From: Caldimicrobium thiodismutans
Lineage (GTDB): Bacteria > Desulfobacterota > Thermodesulfobacteria > Thermodesulfobacteriales > Thermodesulfobacteriaceae
Reading direction: 5' to 3'
NCBI RefSeq assembly: GCF_001548275.1
Contig: NZ_AP014945.1
Span: 1,782,953-1,814,952 of the forward strand
Length of the DNA: 32,000 bases
Shown here: piece by piece, positions 10,013-20,873 of the stretch
How positions within the stretch are numbered: the stretch's first letter is position 1
Layout: each line of letters begins with the position of its first letter
The notes under the pieces: generated by a model
What the model was told of the DNA's origin: nothing
Database searches by the model: none
The model's input: only the letters and a program-made list of their open reading frames with translations
Position numbers and translations under genes: made by a program

Positions 10013-12229
10013 TTACCTGTAATAGAGATTTGGGCCTCCCATAGTAAGAAGGGCAAAAAAGAGTTTTTTTCTTAATTCTCGTCTATCCCAGATGCCTTGA
10101 ATATGTCCTCTTTTTAAGGCATTTTCCACACTGTGATAATCCGGGGGAACAGGCTGTCCTGTGGTTTCAAGAATAACCCTTGGGCCAGCAAATCCCAATC
10201 GGGTTGATTTTAAGGCAAATTGATAGGGAGCAGAACCAAGAAAACTTGCCACAGGCCCTGCATAGGAATTATTGTCATAAACCACAATATAAAGCCCTCC
10301 ACTATCCACATAATCCCTTACAGCCATGGTGCATCTTGGCATCTGCACAACTCCCATGGTTCCTTCATGGATGCGAATCCCACCCGTGGTATGAACTAAG
10401 GCAATAAAGGGTCTTCTTGAGATTTTAGCAAGTTCTATAGCCCGGATAAATTTTTCCCCTTCTGCAACTCCCACTGTCCCTTGTCTGAAATCTGCAACCA
10501 GCATAACTACCACAACGGAGAGGCCACCAATCTTAGCTTCAAAAGAAATAAGAGCAGAGTTTAAACCGGTCTCCTTTCTGGCACTTTTTAATTTTTCGGC
10601 ATAACCCTCAAAATTTAAGGGGTTGCCAGAGGAAAGCTCATCGTTAAAGGTATGAATACTATTTTTATCAAAAAGGTTATTTAGATACCAGTTATATTCA
10701 AGGGGAAAATGGTAGCCACAGGTTGGGCAGACCCCACAGAACTCACCATAAAGGTCTGGCACCCAAAGATCAGGGCATCCATACTTATCTGCCTGAGGAC
10801 AGGTTATGGTCCGATCTTGCAGGGCAAGGGGACTTATATAAAGAGTGGTGTCTCCCTCAATCTCTGTTAAGGCCTTTACCTTGGCCTTTATTTTCTTGCC
10901 AACAATAAGGTTGTAAACGCTTTTCACTGGATCTGAGACAGGTTTCAACAGAAGAGAAGACTCACTAACAACCTCATCCCAGAATCTTTTAAAGGTCTTC
11001 TGTCCTCTTTTGAGGATCCTATATTTAATCTCATAGGCAAAGCTCTGGCTGAGTTGGGCACCTCTCTGGGCCATACATCTTAGAAATCCCTTAGGTTCAA
11101 GCAAGGCCCATTGGGACATCTTTCGATACTTTAGATATCTATTTTCAACCAGGATTTCTCTTTCATCTTCAGAAAGATCCCAATTAACAAAGTATCTGAA
11201 AGACTCATCTGTCTGTTTGGTAAGGGCATATTTTCTTAACATCTTGAGGCTTCTTGTATGCAAAACTACCTCATCTGTAGCCCGAATTAGTTCAAACTTT
11301 AACCTTTTAAAAAAATCATAGTCTCTTCTTCTGGCTCCTAAGGGAGGTTCTGGGATAATGCGGTCTATGGTTCCCAGCTCAAGATTATCCCTGGCTGTAA
11401 GCTTTAAGGCCTTAGCCATTTTTTCCACAAGTTCCCTTGGAGGTCTTCCATCTTTAAGTTTAGCTTCGATGGCAGCTGCTCCTTCTGGGCTTATAACAGA
11501 ATAATATCCCTTTTCTGCCATAAGCCTGAGATCAGAAAGACCTATGGCTTCAGCTCCACCAGAACCACCTTCGGAAATAAAGGACACTGTTGGAACCTCA
11601 AGCTTACTTAAATAGTAGAGATTTCTTGCGATCTGCTGAGCAGCCCCTGGAGTATCTTCAATAGGATAGGCCCCAGGGGTAAATATAAAAAAGTGGATGG
11701 GAATCCCTTCAGTTTCAGCCATCTTCATATATCTTAGGGCCTTTTCATTTCCCCAGGGAGTAGCACTGCCCCCTCTTCTAAACTCCTCGCCATGCCCTTT
11801 TTCGTGCCCTATGACCATGACCTGATGGAAATAGATCTCATTTCCAACCCGTCGGCTAATGATGGCCTTTGCGCAGACTACTGCAGGATCAAGATTAAGC
11901 TCTCCCTCTCCTCCAAGTTCCACATAAGAATCATAGACATTCTCAAGGATATCAAGAAGGGTAAATCTCTGAGGATGCCTAACAATCTTAACTATCTCAT
12001 AAGGTGTAAGGGTCTCTTCAGCTTTATTAAGAATAAAGTTTAGTTTTTCTTGTGAATTAGTAAAGAAAACCTGCATATCTTCGGAAGAATATTCGTAGAA
12101 GTTTTGATATCTCTGCCTTAGAGTCTCACAAACCTGACCTATGTTATGAAAATCCTCACCTTTAATATCTATGATGTATTCAGCTAAATCTATAAGCTCT
12201 TTTAGCTTTTTGTGAAGTTCAATTAACAT
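10013..12229 (-). CDS. Fused acetyl-CoA carboxylase carboxyltransferase, alpha (AccA-like, N-terminal) plus beta (AccD-like, C-terminal with Cys-rich zinc-ribbon region)
   Basis: 738 aa. Res ~70-335 match AccA (VRHPQRFTLLD..., VMVIGHEKGHG, FIFTPGAYP, ISEGGSGGAEAIG, SVISPEGAAAI, IIPEPPLGA). Res ~475-738 match AccD (CGVCPTCGYHF zinc ribbon, ADFRQGTVGVAEGEKF, TTGGIRIHEG, GFAGPRVI). Confidence 0.85.
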   Translation of the reverse strand: MLIELHKKLKELIDLAEYIIDIKGEDFHNIGQVCETLRQRYQNFYEYSSEDMQVFFTNSQEKLNFILNKAEETLTPYEIVKIVRHPQRFTLLDILENVYDSYVELGGEGELNLDPAVVCAKAIISRRVGNEIYFHQVMVIGHEKGHGEEFRRGGSATPWGNEKALRYMKMAETEGIPIHFFIFTPGAYPIEDTPGAAQQIARNLYYLSKLEVPTVSFISEGGSGGAEAIGLSDLRLMAEKGYYSVISPEGAAAIEAKLKDGRPPRELVEKMAKALKLTARDNLELGTIDRIIPEPPLGARRRDYDFFKRLKFELIRATDEVVLHTRSLKMLRKYALTKQTDESFRYFVNWDLSEDEREILVENRYLKYRKMSQWALLEPKGFLRCMAQRGAQLSQSFAYEIKYRILKRGQKTFKRFWDEVVSESSLLLKPVSDPVKSVYNLIVGKKIKAKVKALTEIEGDTTLYISPLALQDRTITCPQADKYGCPDLWVPDLYGEFCGVCPTCGYHFPLEYNWYLNNLFDKNSIHTFNDELSSGNPLNFEGYAEKLKSARKETGLNSALISFEAKIGGLSVVVVMLVADFRQGTVGVAEGEKFIRAIELAKISRRPFIALVHTTGGIRIHEGTMGVVQMPRCTMAVRDYVDSGGLYIVVYDNNSYAGPVASFLGSAPYQFALKSTRLGFAGPRVILETTGQPVPPDYHSVENALKRGHIQGIWDRRELRKKLFFALLTMGGPNLYYR

Positions 12230-12232
12230 ACT

Positions 12233-13624
12233 TTATGCCTTTAAAAATTGGTAAATATATTTTAGATTATCCTTTAAAAATTCTATATTGCTAAGGAGAG
12301 GTTCCCCTTTATGGGTTTGTCCCTCAATTATCATCTCCTCCAAAAAGAGCTCAGACCTTTTTAAAAGCTCTGCAAGATCCTCTGCATAAATTATAGCTAA
12401 GGCCAGATTAGGGTCAAACTGGGTTGGAATGGTGTAAGGTCTATCCTGAGGCACATGGGTTCTCATGGTAAGCCAGGGGTGTTCTCGATATGAAAAGCGA
12501 TGGATAACTCCACTCAAGGGAAGGAAGCCTCTTTTTGTATCCTCTGCAATAAGCCTAAATTCAAGGCTCATGCCTTTAAAGACTATATCTCCCTGATCAA
12601 ACCCGAGTTTTTCTCCAAGGGCAACGCGTATCTGTTCACGAATTAAGTTAACCCCTTTGTCCCTAATAAAAGAGATTTTAGCAGAAATCTCGTTTTCAAC
12701 CTGAATTCGCGTATTAACTTCCATAAGGTAATACTTCCCTTCAGGGGTGATAAGCCATTCAAAGGTTCCTACACTATCATAATTAAAGTGTTCAGCCAGT
12801 TTAAGAGAGTGCTGAAGTATCTCTTTTTCAATTTGAAAGGGATCAAAGGCGTAATGATAGTGCTTACAAAAACCCGGGGCAAGCTCAATCCTTTTTTGTT
12901 TGAAGGGACTCTGAATGGTGCAATTTCTGGTGCCAAAATGAACATACTCTCCATGCTTGCTACCCAGGAGTTGAACCTCCAGATGTTGAAACTGGGGAAT
13001 TTTTATTTCAATGATAATACCTTCTTCCCCAAAGAGTCTTTTGGCATAGGCTCGGATCTTTCTAAAGACTGGCCTTATCTCTTCAAGATTTTTAACCTCT
13101 TCAATACCCATTCCTCCGCCGCCAGCCACTGCCTTAACCAGGAAAGAGATTTCCTGAAAACCCTCAGCTTTGGCCTCTTCCAAGAGCTCTTCAGCCTTTA
13201 ATTCTGCTTCAATTTCATTATAAATAGGCTCAATAGTGCCTGGAATGACAGGGATTCTAAGGTCGTGGGCTACTTTTTTCATATAAAGCTTATTGCCCAG
13301 ATCTCTGATAGCCTCCCAAGTTGGTCCAATCCAAACAAGAGGTCTTTCCCGTTTAACAACTCTTCTGGCAAATCTATAATTTTCAGAAAGAAAGCCATAA
13401 CCAGGATGAATGGCTGTGCATTTTTCTTCATCAGCAACAGCTAAAAGATCATTCATATCCCGATAATCAGAGATACGATATTTTTTCTTAGCAAACCTTA
13501 CATGAAGGGATTCTTCATCTTCTTTTGTATAAACAGCTACATAATCAAGACCAAGAAGTTCACAGGCCTCCATTATGCGAAGGGCTATTTCACCCCTATT
13601 GGCAATTAGGACCTTGTCTTTCAT
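12233..13624 (-). CDS. accC: Biotin carboxylase (ATP-grasp), stand-alone, no BCCP domain
   Basis: 463 aa with KVLIANRGEIALRI, HPGYGFLSEN, a glycine-rich loop (AGGGGMGI), the catalytic block MEVNTRIQVENEIS and EFRLIAED. Confidence 0.88.
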   Translation of the reverse strand: MKDKVLIANRGEIALRIMEACELLGLDYVAVYTKEDEESLHVRFAKKKYRISDYRDMNDLLAVADEEKCTAIHPGYGFLSENYRFARRVVKRERPLVWIGPTWEAIRDLGNKLYMKKVAHDLRIPVIPGTIEPIYNEIEAELKAEELLEEAKAEGFQEISFLVKAVAGGGGMGIEEVKNLEEIRPVFRKIRAYAKRLFGEEGIIIEIKIPQFQHLEVQLLGSKHGEYVHFGTRNCTIQSPFKQKRIELAPGFCKHYHYAFDPFQIEKEILQHSLKLAEHFNYDSVGTFEWLITPEGKYYLMEVNTRIQVENEISAKISFIRDKGVNLIREQIRVALGEKLGFDQGDIVFKGMSLEFRLIAEDTKRGFLPLSGVIHRFSYREHPWLTMRTHVPQDRPYTIPTQFDPNLALAIIYAEDLAELLKRSELFLEEMIIEGQTHKGEPLLSNIEFLKDNLKYIYQFLKA

Positions 13625-13636
13625 AAGGGAATCCTA

Positions 13637-14941
<1,305 letters not shown>

Positions 14942-14958
14942 TTAAGGACTTCAAGACC

Positions 14959-14987
14959 ATTATAACATAAAATCATAAAAATCCACC
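14959..14987 (-). promoter_or_regulatory. Candidate promoter for purA-acc-birA operon (extended -10 TGTTATAAT)
   Basis: On the minus strand, TGT+TATAAT (14959-14967) lies 30 nt upstream of the purA ATG. The -35 is weak (GTGGAT/GGTGGA). Confidence 0.45.
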
Positions 14988-14991
14988 CCTT

Positions 14992-16794
14992 TTAAGAGCC
15001 TTCTTTCTTTTTTTCCCAGCCTGGTAGAAGGTGAAGTTCAAGAATTTGCTCAATTCTAACCTCACTGGGAGCTCCTGTAAGAAGGCATTGTCCTCTTTGG
15101 GTTTTAGGAAAGGGTATAACCTCCCGAATGCTCTTTTTCCCAAGCATAAGCATGATAAGTCTATCTAAGCCAAAGGCAAGCCCTCCATGGGGTGGAGCGC
15201 CAAAATCTAAGGCCTGAAGGAGAAAGCCAAATTTCTCTTCTGCCTCTTCCTCAGAGATACCAAGAATTTTAAAGATTCTTTGCTGAAGATCCCTTCTGTG
15301 GATACGAATACTACCTCCTCCAATTTCAATACCATTTAACACAATATCATAAGCCTTTGAGCGAACTTTTAAAGGATCTTTCTCTAAAAGTTCAAGGTCT
15401 TCTTCTTTGGGATGGGTAAAGGGGTGATGAACAGAGACTGGTCTTCCTTCTTCTTCACTGTATTCAAAAAGGGGAAAATCAACCACCCATGTGAATTTAA
15501 ATTCCCTTTCTGGAATAAGGGAAAGTTTTTTAGCAAGATGATTTCTGAGTTCTCCAAGGATGGAATGGGTTAGTGATGGGGTGTCTGCTACAAAGAGGAG
15601 GGTTGCTTTCTCCTCTTCAAGCTCAAAAAGCAACTCCATTTTATTAAGAAGTGTGGGGTCAAAGAATTTGACAATAGGGGAGCTCCACTTTTCTTCAAAG
15701 GTAGTTCCTCTTTTGGTGTATTTTATCCAGGCAAGACCCTTAGCCCCAAGCTCCTGGGCAAAGGAAGTTAGTTCTTCAATTTCCTTTCTTGTGAAATGGG
15801 CCGGCACTTTTATACCCTTAACAAACCCCCCTTTTTCAAGAGCAGATCTAAAAACCTGAAATTGGGAGGCTTTAGCTATTTCGGAAACATCTTTAAGTTC
15901 AAGGCCAAAGCGTAGATCTGGGCGGTCAGTTCCATAAGTGGAGATAGCATATTGATAACTTAAACGGGGAAAGGGGACAGAAAGACTAATTCCCATAGTC
16001 TTTTCAAAAAGATGAGAAATGAGTTCTTCCACAAGTTGCATAACATCTTCTTCTGTAACAAAACTCATCTCAAGATCAAGCTGGGTAAATTCTGGTTGAC
16101 GGTCTGCTCTTAAATCTTCATCTCTAAAGCATCTAACTATTTGATAGTATCTTTCAAAGCCTGCCACCATAAAAATTTGTTTAAAAAGTTGGGGAGATTG
16201 GGGAAGGGCATAAAATTTCCCAGGATAGAGTCTGCTTGGCACAAGATAATCTCTTGCTCCCTCGGGGGTACTTTTGGTTAAATAGGGGGTTTCAAGTTCA
16301 AGAAATCCCCTTGCGTTTAAAAATTCTCTTAGGGCCTGATTAACTTTGTGCCTGAAAATAAAGGGCTCCTGACCATTTAGGGCCCTCATTTCAAGATAAC
16401 GATATTTCAGTCTTATAGCCTCTGAAACCTCAGAAAGGTCTTCATCCATAGGGAAAGGCGGTGTATGAGAGGTATTAAGGATTTCAAGATCTTTGGCTAC
16501 AAGCTCCACTTCCCCTGTTGGAATCTTGGGATTTTCCATCCCAGGGGGTCTTCGTCTTAAAACTCCTTTCACTGTTATTACATATTCAATCCGTAGGGAA
16601 TCCGCTAAGGCATGAACCTCTGGATCTATTCCCTCTTCAAAGACTACCTGTAGAAGTCCGGTTCTATCTCTTAAATCAAGAAAGATAACTCCCCCATGAT
16701 CCCTTCTCCGCAAAATCCATCCAGAGACACTAAGTTCTTCTCCTATAAGCTTAGGGGTAATTTCACCAATCTGATGAGTTCTCTTCAGTCGCAT
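14992..16794 (-). CDS. aspS: Aspartyl-tRNA synthetase (bacterial type)
   Basis: 600 aa with an N-terminal OB fold (GWILRRRDHGGVIFLDLRD), class II motifs (FRDEDLRADRQPEFTQLD, GGGSIRIH, GLAFGLDRL) and the bacterial insertion domain. GGGAGGG SD upstream. Confidence 0.97.
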   Translation of the reverse strand: MRLKRTHQIGEITPKLIGEELSVSGWILRRRDHGGVIFLDLRDRTGLLQVVFEEGIDPEVHALADSLRIEYVITVKGVLRRRPPGMENPKIPTGEVELVAKDLEILNTSHTPPFPMDEDLSEVSEAIRLKYRYLEMRALNGQEPFIFRHKVNQALREFLNARGFLELETPYLTKSTPEGARDYLVPSRLYPGKFYALPQSPQLFKQIFMVAGFERYYQIVRCFRDEDLRADRQPEFTQLDLEMSFVTEEDVMQLVEELISHLFEKTMGISLSVPFPRLSYQYAISTYGTDRPDLRFGLELKDVSEIAKASQFQVFRSALEKGGFVKGIKVPAHFTRKEIEELTSFAQELGAKGLAWIKYTKRGTTFEEKWSSPIVKFFDPTLLNKMELLFELEEEKATLLFVADTPSLTHSILGELRNHLAKKLSLIPEREFKFTWVVDFPLFEYSEEEGRPVSVHHPFTHPKEEDLELLEKDPLKVRSKAYDIVLNGIEIGGGSIRIHRRDLQQRIFKILGISEEEAEEKFGFLLQALDFGAPPHGGLAFGLDRLIMLMLGKKSIREVIPFPKTQRGQCLLTGAPSEVRIEQILELHLLPGWEKKKEGS

Positions 16795-16836
16795 TTTCCC
16801 TCCCGGATCCCTTATTCAAAATCTAAAAACAGACTA

Positions 16837-16864
16837 ATTCTATCAAAAAAATGGAAAAATTAAA
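16837..16864 (-). promoter_or_regulatory. Candidate aspS promoter (TTTAAT-N16-TGaTAGAAT)
   Basis: On the minus strand, the extended -10 TGATAGAAT (16837-16845) lies 43 nt upstream of the aspS ATG. The -35 is weak. Confidence 0.35.
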
Positions 16865-17000
16865 GGATTCGAATTGTCTCATTAAAAATCTATTTGAAAT
16901 TTTATCGTTGCCTCATATAAAAAGCCTCAGCTCCTCTCTTGAACCTTCACGAAAAAACTATCTATTTCGCCCCTCTTAAATTTACAAGCTTAGTTCTTTC

Positions 17001-17051
17001 GCAAAGCTTATTTCAAAGGAAAGAGTGGGTGGAAAGGTAAATGAGCTTTGC
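17001..17051. repeat. 13-bp inverted repeat / hairpin (GCAAAGCTTATTT - 25-nt loop - AAATGAGCTTTGC) inside a 409-nt non-coding gap
   Basis: Arms at 17001-17013 and 17039-17051 pair over 13 positions. One position is a G-U pair if transcribed from the + strand and an A-C mismatch from the - strand. The loop contains GAGTGGGTGGAAAGG. Confidence 0.5.
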
Positions 17052-17203
17052 AGAAAGATAAGGAGATATCAGAAAATGCTTGAGAGAGCAATTTAAAGAA
17101 AATGGAATTATTTTCGGGGAAAAAAATTGACCATAAAAAGGAGGGGAAGGTAAAATAATTTCCTTTAGAAAATTAAATGAGGCATTACGGATTTGAGGGT
17201 AGT

Positions 17204-18601
17204 TTATTTTCCAATGCAAAAACGAGAAAAGATTTCAGAGAGAAGATCTTCAGTAGTGATCTCACCTATAATTTCAGACAAATTTCCTATGGCTGACCTT
17301 AGTTCTATAGAGACAAGCTCAGGTAAAGGTTCCCTTTTTTGAAGTTCCTTAAGGGCATCTTCAAGGTGTCTTTTAGCCTTTTCAAGGGAAGTTTTTTGCC
17401 GAAGGTTTGGCATAACCTCAGAGACAGCTGTTGCCCTCTTTGACACTATCTTTTCATATATTCTTTGGGTTAAAAGATCAAGATTAAGCTCTTTTTTTAC
17501 AGAGATCTCAATAAGTTCCCCACCATATTTGAAGAAGGTTTTCCGCCATTCCTCAAGATAATTGGGGATTAGATCAATCTTATTGAAAACTACTAAATGT
17601 GGATAGGCTTGAATTCGCTGGTATAAATGTTTTATCTCCATAGTAGGTTCTTCTGACACATCAACCAAAAAGAGAACAAGATCAGCTTCTTTTAATTTTT
17701 GAAAGGCCCTCTCAACACCAATTTTTTCAACAGGATCCTCTGTTTCCCTTAAGCCAGCGGTATCAATGAGTTTAACAGGAAGCCCCTGTAGATAGGCCTC
17801 TTCTTCTAAAAAGTCCCGTGTTGTTCCAGGGATTGGAGTTACAATAGCCCTTTCTTCTCTAAGTAAGGCATTCATAAGGGAAGATTTTCCTACATTTGGT
17901 TTCCCACATATGACAAGATTTATGCCTTCCCTATATATCTTTCCCTCCTCATAAGAATTTATCAATTTTTCTATTTCAGGAATTATTTCCCTTTTGATTA
18001 ACTGGCTTAACTCCTGAGGGTTCATGATCTCAAGGTCTTCCTCTGGAAAATCAATGGCAGATTCCACTTGAGCCAGGGCGTATAAAAGTCTTTCTTTAAG
18101 GGTATTAATTTTTTCTGAAAGTCTTCCTGAGAGATTGTTTAAGGCGAGTTTCAGGGCCCTTTCACTTTTTGCGGAAATGATTTCTTCTATAGCCTCTGCT
18201 TGAGCAAGATCAATACGCCCATTTAAAAAAGCCCGTAAGGTAAATTCCCCTGGCTGAGCAGGTCTTGCCCCTTCTTTGAGGACAAGCTCAAGAATTTTTC
18301 TCAGATTAACATAGCCACTATGAGCATGTATCTCTACCACATCCTCTCGGGTATAACTGAAGGGAGCCTTCATGTAAACCACAAGAACTTCATCTACAGG
18401 TCTTTCAGTTTCAGGATCAATAATAAAACCATAATAAAACTTGTGTGATTCAAAGGACAATCGAGGTTTAAAGGGTTTAAAGATTTTCCTAAGGATCTCT
18501 AAGGACTTTTCACCACTTATTTTAATAACGCCAATTGCCCCCCTGCCAGGCGGGGTGGCAATGGCGGAAATAGTGTCTTCAGTGTAAAAGCTACTCCTCA
18601 C
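17204..18601 (-). CDS. mnmE: tRNA uridine-5-carboxymethylaminomethyl modification GTPase
   Basis: 465 aa with DTISAIATPPGRGAIGVIKISG, the G-domain motifs GKPNVGKSSL and DTAG, and the C-terminal CIGK motif. The GTG start sits directly after the jag stop. Confidence 0.95.
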   Translation of the reverse strand: MRSSFYTEDTISAIATPPGRGAIGVIKISGEKSLEILRKIFKPFKPRLSFESHKFYYGFIIDPETERPVDEVLVVYMKAPFSYTREDVVEIHAHSGYVNLRKILELVLKEGARPAQPGEFTLRAFLNGRIDLAQAEAIEEIISAKSERALKLALNNLSGRLSEKINTLKERLLYALAQVESAIDFPEEDLEIMNPQELSQLIKREIIPEIEKLINSYEEGKIYREGINLVICGKPNVGKSSLMNALLREERAIVTPIPGTTRDFLEEEAYLQGLPVKLIDTAGLRETEDPVEKIGVERAFQKLKEADLVLFLVDVSEEPTMEIKHLYQRIQAYPHLVVFNKIDLIPNYLEEWRKTFFKYGGELIEISVKKELNLDLLTQRIYEKIVSKRATAVSEVMPNLRQKTSLEKAKRHLEDALKELQKREPLPELVSIELRSAIGNLSEIIGEITTEDLLSEIFSRFCIGK

Positions 18602-19243
18602 TTAGGATTCTTTCCACCTCAAGATAATCCTTTTGCCCTTGCTATCCTCTTCAAGGGAAGAGGAAATTTCCGGGATATCTTTAAGCATATTAAGAACAAG
18701 CCTTTCCTCCCTTCTACTTCCAATGCGGATAACTCGCTCTCTTTTATCCTCCTTAATAAGCTCAACAGCCTTTTGAACCGCCCTAATTAATCTTTTTTCT
18801 TTTTCAAGATCCACTCCCCGGATCTTCAAGGTGATTTTCGGGCCTACTCCCAGGGATTTGGCTACCACCTTGTTTACTAAAAATTCAAGAGAAGTGAGAA
18901 CCTCACCCCCATTTTGTAAGAGATATTTCACATCCTCTCCAGAAAGTTGAATCTCAACTTCTAAGGAATCTTTATGCAATTGAGTCTGGGTTTCAAGCTG
19001 GAAATCTGTGTTATAAAAGATCTCTTTTAAAAAGGCCAAAGCCCGATTGGCTCTTTCTGAAAGTAGTTTTTCAGGTTTTATTCTAAAAAGGGCTTTGACT
19101 TTACGACCGGTTCCAAGCATACCTCCCGAGGTAAATTCTTTAATTTCTATCTCCATGTCCTCAGGTAAACAGCCCAGATCCTGACAGGCTTTTTCAACAA
19201 GTTGATCCAAACTTTTTCCTTCAAGTTCGAGTGCCTTGCTCAT
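18602..19243 (-). CDS. jag: Jag/KhpB-type RNA-binding protein (Jag-N, KH, R3H domains)
   Basis: 213 aa in the conserved position between yidC and mnmE, with a C-terminal R3H-like segment (RIGSRREERLVLNMLKD). GGAGAGGTG SD upstream. Confidence 0.8.
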   Translation of the reverse strand: MSKALELEGKSLDQLVEKACQDLGCLPEDMEIEIKEFTSGGMLGTGRKVKALFRIKPEKLLSERANRALAFLKEIFYNTDFQLETQTQLHKDSLEVEIQLSGEDVKYLLQNGGEVLTSLEFLVNKVVAKSLGVGPKITLKIRGVDLEKEKRLIRAVQKAVELIKEDKRERVIRIGSRREERLVLNMLKDIPEISSSLEEDSKGKRIILRWKES

Positions 19244-19256
19244 AACTCACCTCTCC

Positions 19257-20873
19257 TTACCTTTTTTTAGATACTTTGAATGTAATCAATTGCTGTCCTA
19301 TGGATAAAAGATTATTCACAAACCAGTATAAGACAAGGCCAGAGGGAAAATTTATAAAAAGAACTGTAAAAAAGATGGGTAATATTAACATAATCTTTTC
19401 CTGAGTAGGATCCATAGAGGTGGGTGTAAGTTTTTGCTGAAAGAACATGGAAACTCCCATAAGGATAGTAAGTACTGGAATACCTCCAAGCCAGGGAATA
19501 ACCAGGTTACCAAGATATAATCTCTCCGGTGAAGAAAGATCCGTAATCCAGAGCATAAAAGGTGCAAGTCTTAACTCAATAGCCATCAATAAAACCTTAT
19601 AAAAGGCAATAAATACGGGAATTTGAATCAATATAGGAAGACACCCTGAAAAAGGATTAATCTTATGAGTCCGATAGAGATTCATCATTTCTCTCTGTAG
19701 GGTTTGAGGATCATCTTTATATTTTTCTCGTAGCCTTTGAAAAACAGGTTGAAGTTCTTGCATCTTTTTCATGCTTTTATAACTTATGTGGTTTAATGGA
19801 TAAAAAAGGACTCGGATAAGAAAAGTAATAATAACAATTGCCCAGCCATAATTATGAGTGAATTGATAGAAGAATTTCAATAGATATAACAAAGGTTTGG
19901 CAACAAAGTCAAAGATTCCAAAGTAAAGAGAACGGGCAAGAAGAGGGTATTCCTTTTTCAAGTCCTCCGCTCTTTTTGGACCCATATAGACCTTAAATTT
20001 GAAAGTTTTGGTGTCTCCAGGCCTGAGAGAAAACTCATCACTCCAGAAAATAAATTCATTGACCTCTTCTGAGAGTTTTCGGAAGGTGCCTTTGAAAGTT
20101 CCATTTTCAAAGGGTATAAGAGCAGTAAGAAAATAAACATCCATATAGCCAAGGTATTTTAGGGGCCCTGTGTATTCAGAAAGAGAGTCTTTGAGGTTAA
20201 CCTCATTAAGCTGATCAGTATAATAAAAGGGGCCTTTAAAGACATAACCGCTCCCCTTGGAATAAGGGGCAAAAACCCCTCGGATAAGTAGTCTATCTTT
20301 AATAGTCTCATTTCCTGAATTGGATAACTTAACCTCAAGATCATAGTAATAAGAGTCTCCCTTAAAGAGAAGTTTTTTTTCTATATCAAGACCTGAGACT
20401 TTGGTTCTAAAGATCAGATCTTTATTGTCCTTTGATGAGAGGGTTATTTTCTCAGGTAAATCTCCCTCAAAGGGGACTAAGGCAAGATAAGGGGCCTGAG
20501 TTGTGTATATCTCTAAAGGTAGACCCTCTTTGGGGGCAGAAATAAGCTCAACAGGTTCTTTACTTTTTAGATCCTTAGGATATTGTAGAAGTTTAAGGCT
20601 ACTAAAACGCACGCCATAATTAGTAATCTTTGCCTCATAAAAGGGTGTTTCAATTGTAATCTTTTTTTCAGGTAATTCTTTGTCAACCTTTGAAGTTTCT
20701 ATGCTTGCCAAAGGTTTGCCAGTAAGAGATTGGTTCCCCTGGGCTGTCTGGTTTAGGGTTTGATTAACACTCCCTTGAGGAGGTTTGGGAGCTAAATATT
20801 GAAGATAAAGATATTGAAAAAGAATCAGGATTCCTATTGATAGCACTATGGCTAAAAGCACACGATTGTCCAT
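19257..20873 (-). CDS. yidC: Membrane protein insertase YidC (Gram-negative type with large periplasmic domain)
   Basis: 538 aa with an N-terminal TM helix, a ~300-aa periplasmic domain and the conserved C-terminal core (NYGWAIVIITFLIRVLFYPL, MKKMQELQP, NPFSGCLPILIQIPVFIAFY). Confidence 0.95.
   Translation of the reverse strand: MDNRVLLAIVLSIGILILFQYLYLQYLAPKPPQGSVNQTLNQTAQGNQSLTGKPLASIETSKVDKELPEKKITIETPFYEAKITNYGVRFSSLKLLQYPKDLKSKEPVELISAPKEGLPLEIYTTQAPYLALVPFEGDLPEKITLSSKDNKDLIFRTKVSGLDIEKKLLFKGDSYYYDLEVKLSNSGNETIKDRLLIRGVFAPYSKGSGYVFKGPFYYTDQLNEVNLKDSLSEYTGPLKYLGYMDVYFLTALIPFENGTFKGTFRKLSEEVNEFIFWSDEFSLRPGDTKTFKFKVYMGPKRAEDLKKEYPLLARSLYFGIFDFVAKPLLYLLKFFYQFTHNYGWAIVIITFLIRVLFYPLNHISYKSMKKMQELQPVFQRLREKYKDDPQTLQREMMNLYRTHKINPFSGCLPILIQIPVFIAFYKVLLMAIELRLAPFMLWITDLSSPERLYLGNLVIPWLGGIPVLTILMGVSMFFQQKLTPTSMDPTQEKIMLILPIFFTVLFINFPSGLVLYWFVNNLLSIGQQLITFKVSKKR

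Noticed and set aside
17014-17038. GAGTGGGTGGAAAGG in the hairpin loop resembles the GGGUGG core of a T-box riboswitch, and an aaRS gene (aspS) is adjacent
   Set aside because: The motif is on the + strand while aspS is on the - strand. The rest of the T-box consensus (..UACCGCG) is absent, and no specifier, antiterminator or terminator architecture is visible.
17013-17219. 68-aa minus-strand ORF in the large mnmE-aspS gap
   Set aside because: The TTG start lies inside the mnmE coding region and there is no SD. The F/S/P/L/I-rich low-complexity translation is typical of a random frame in pyrimidine-rich DNA, and I recognise no motif.
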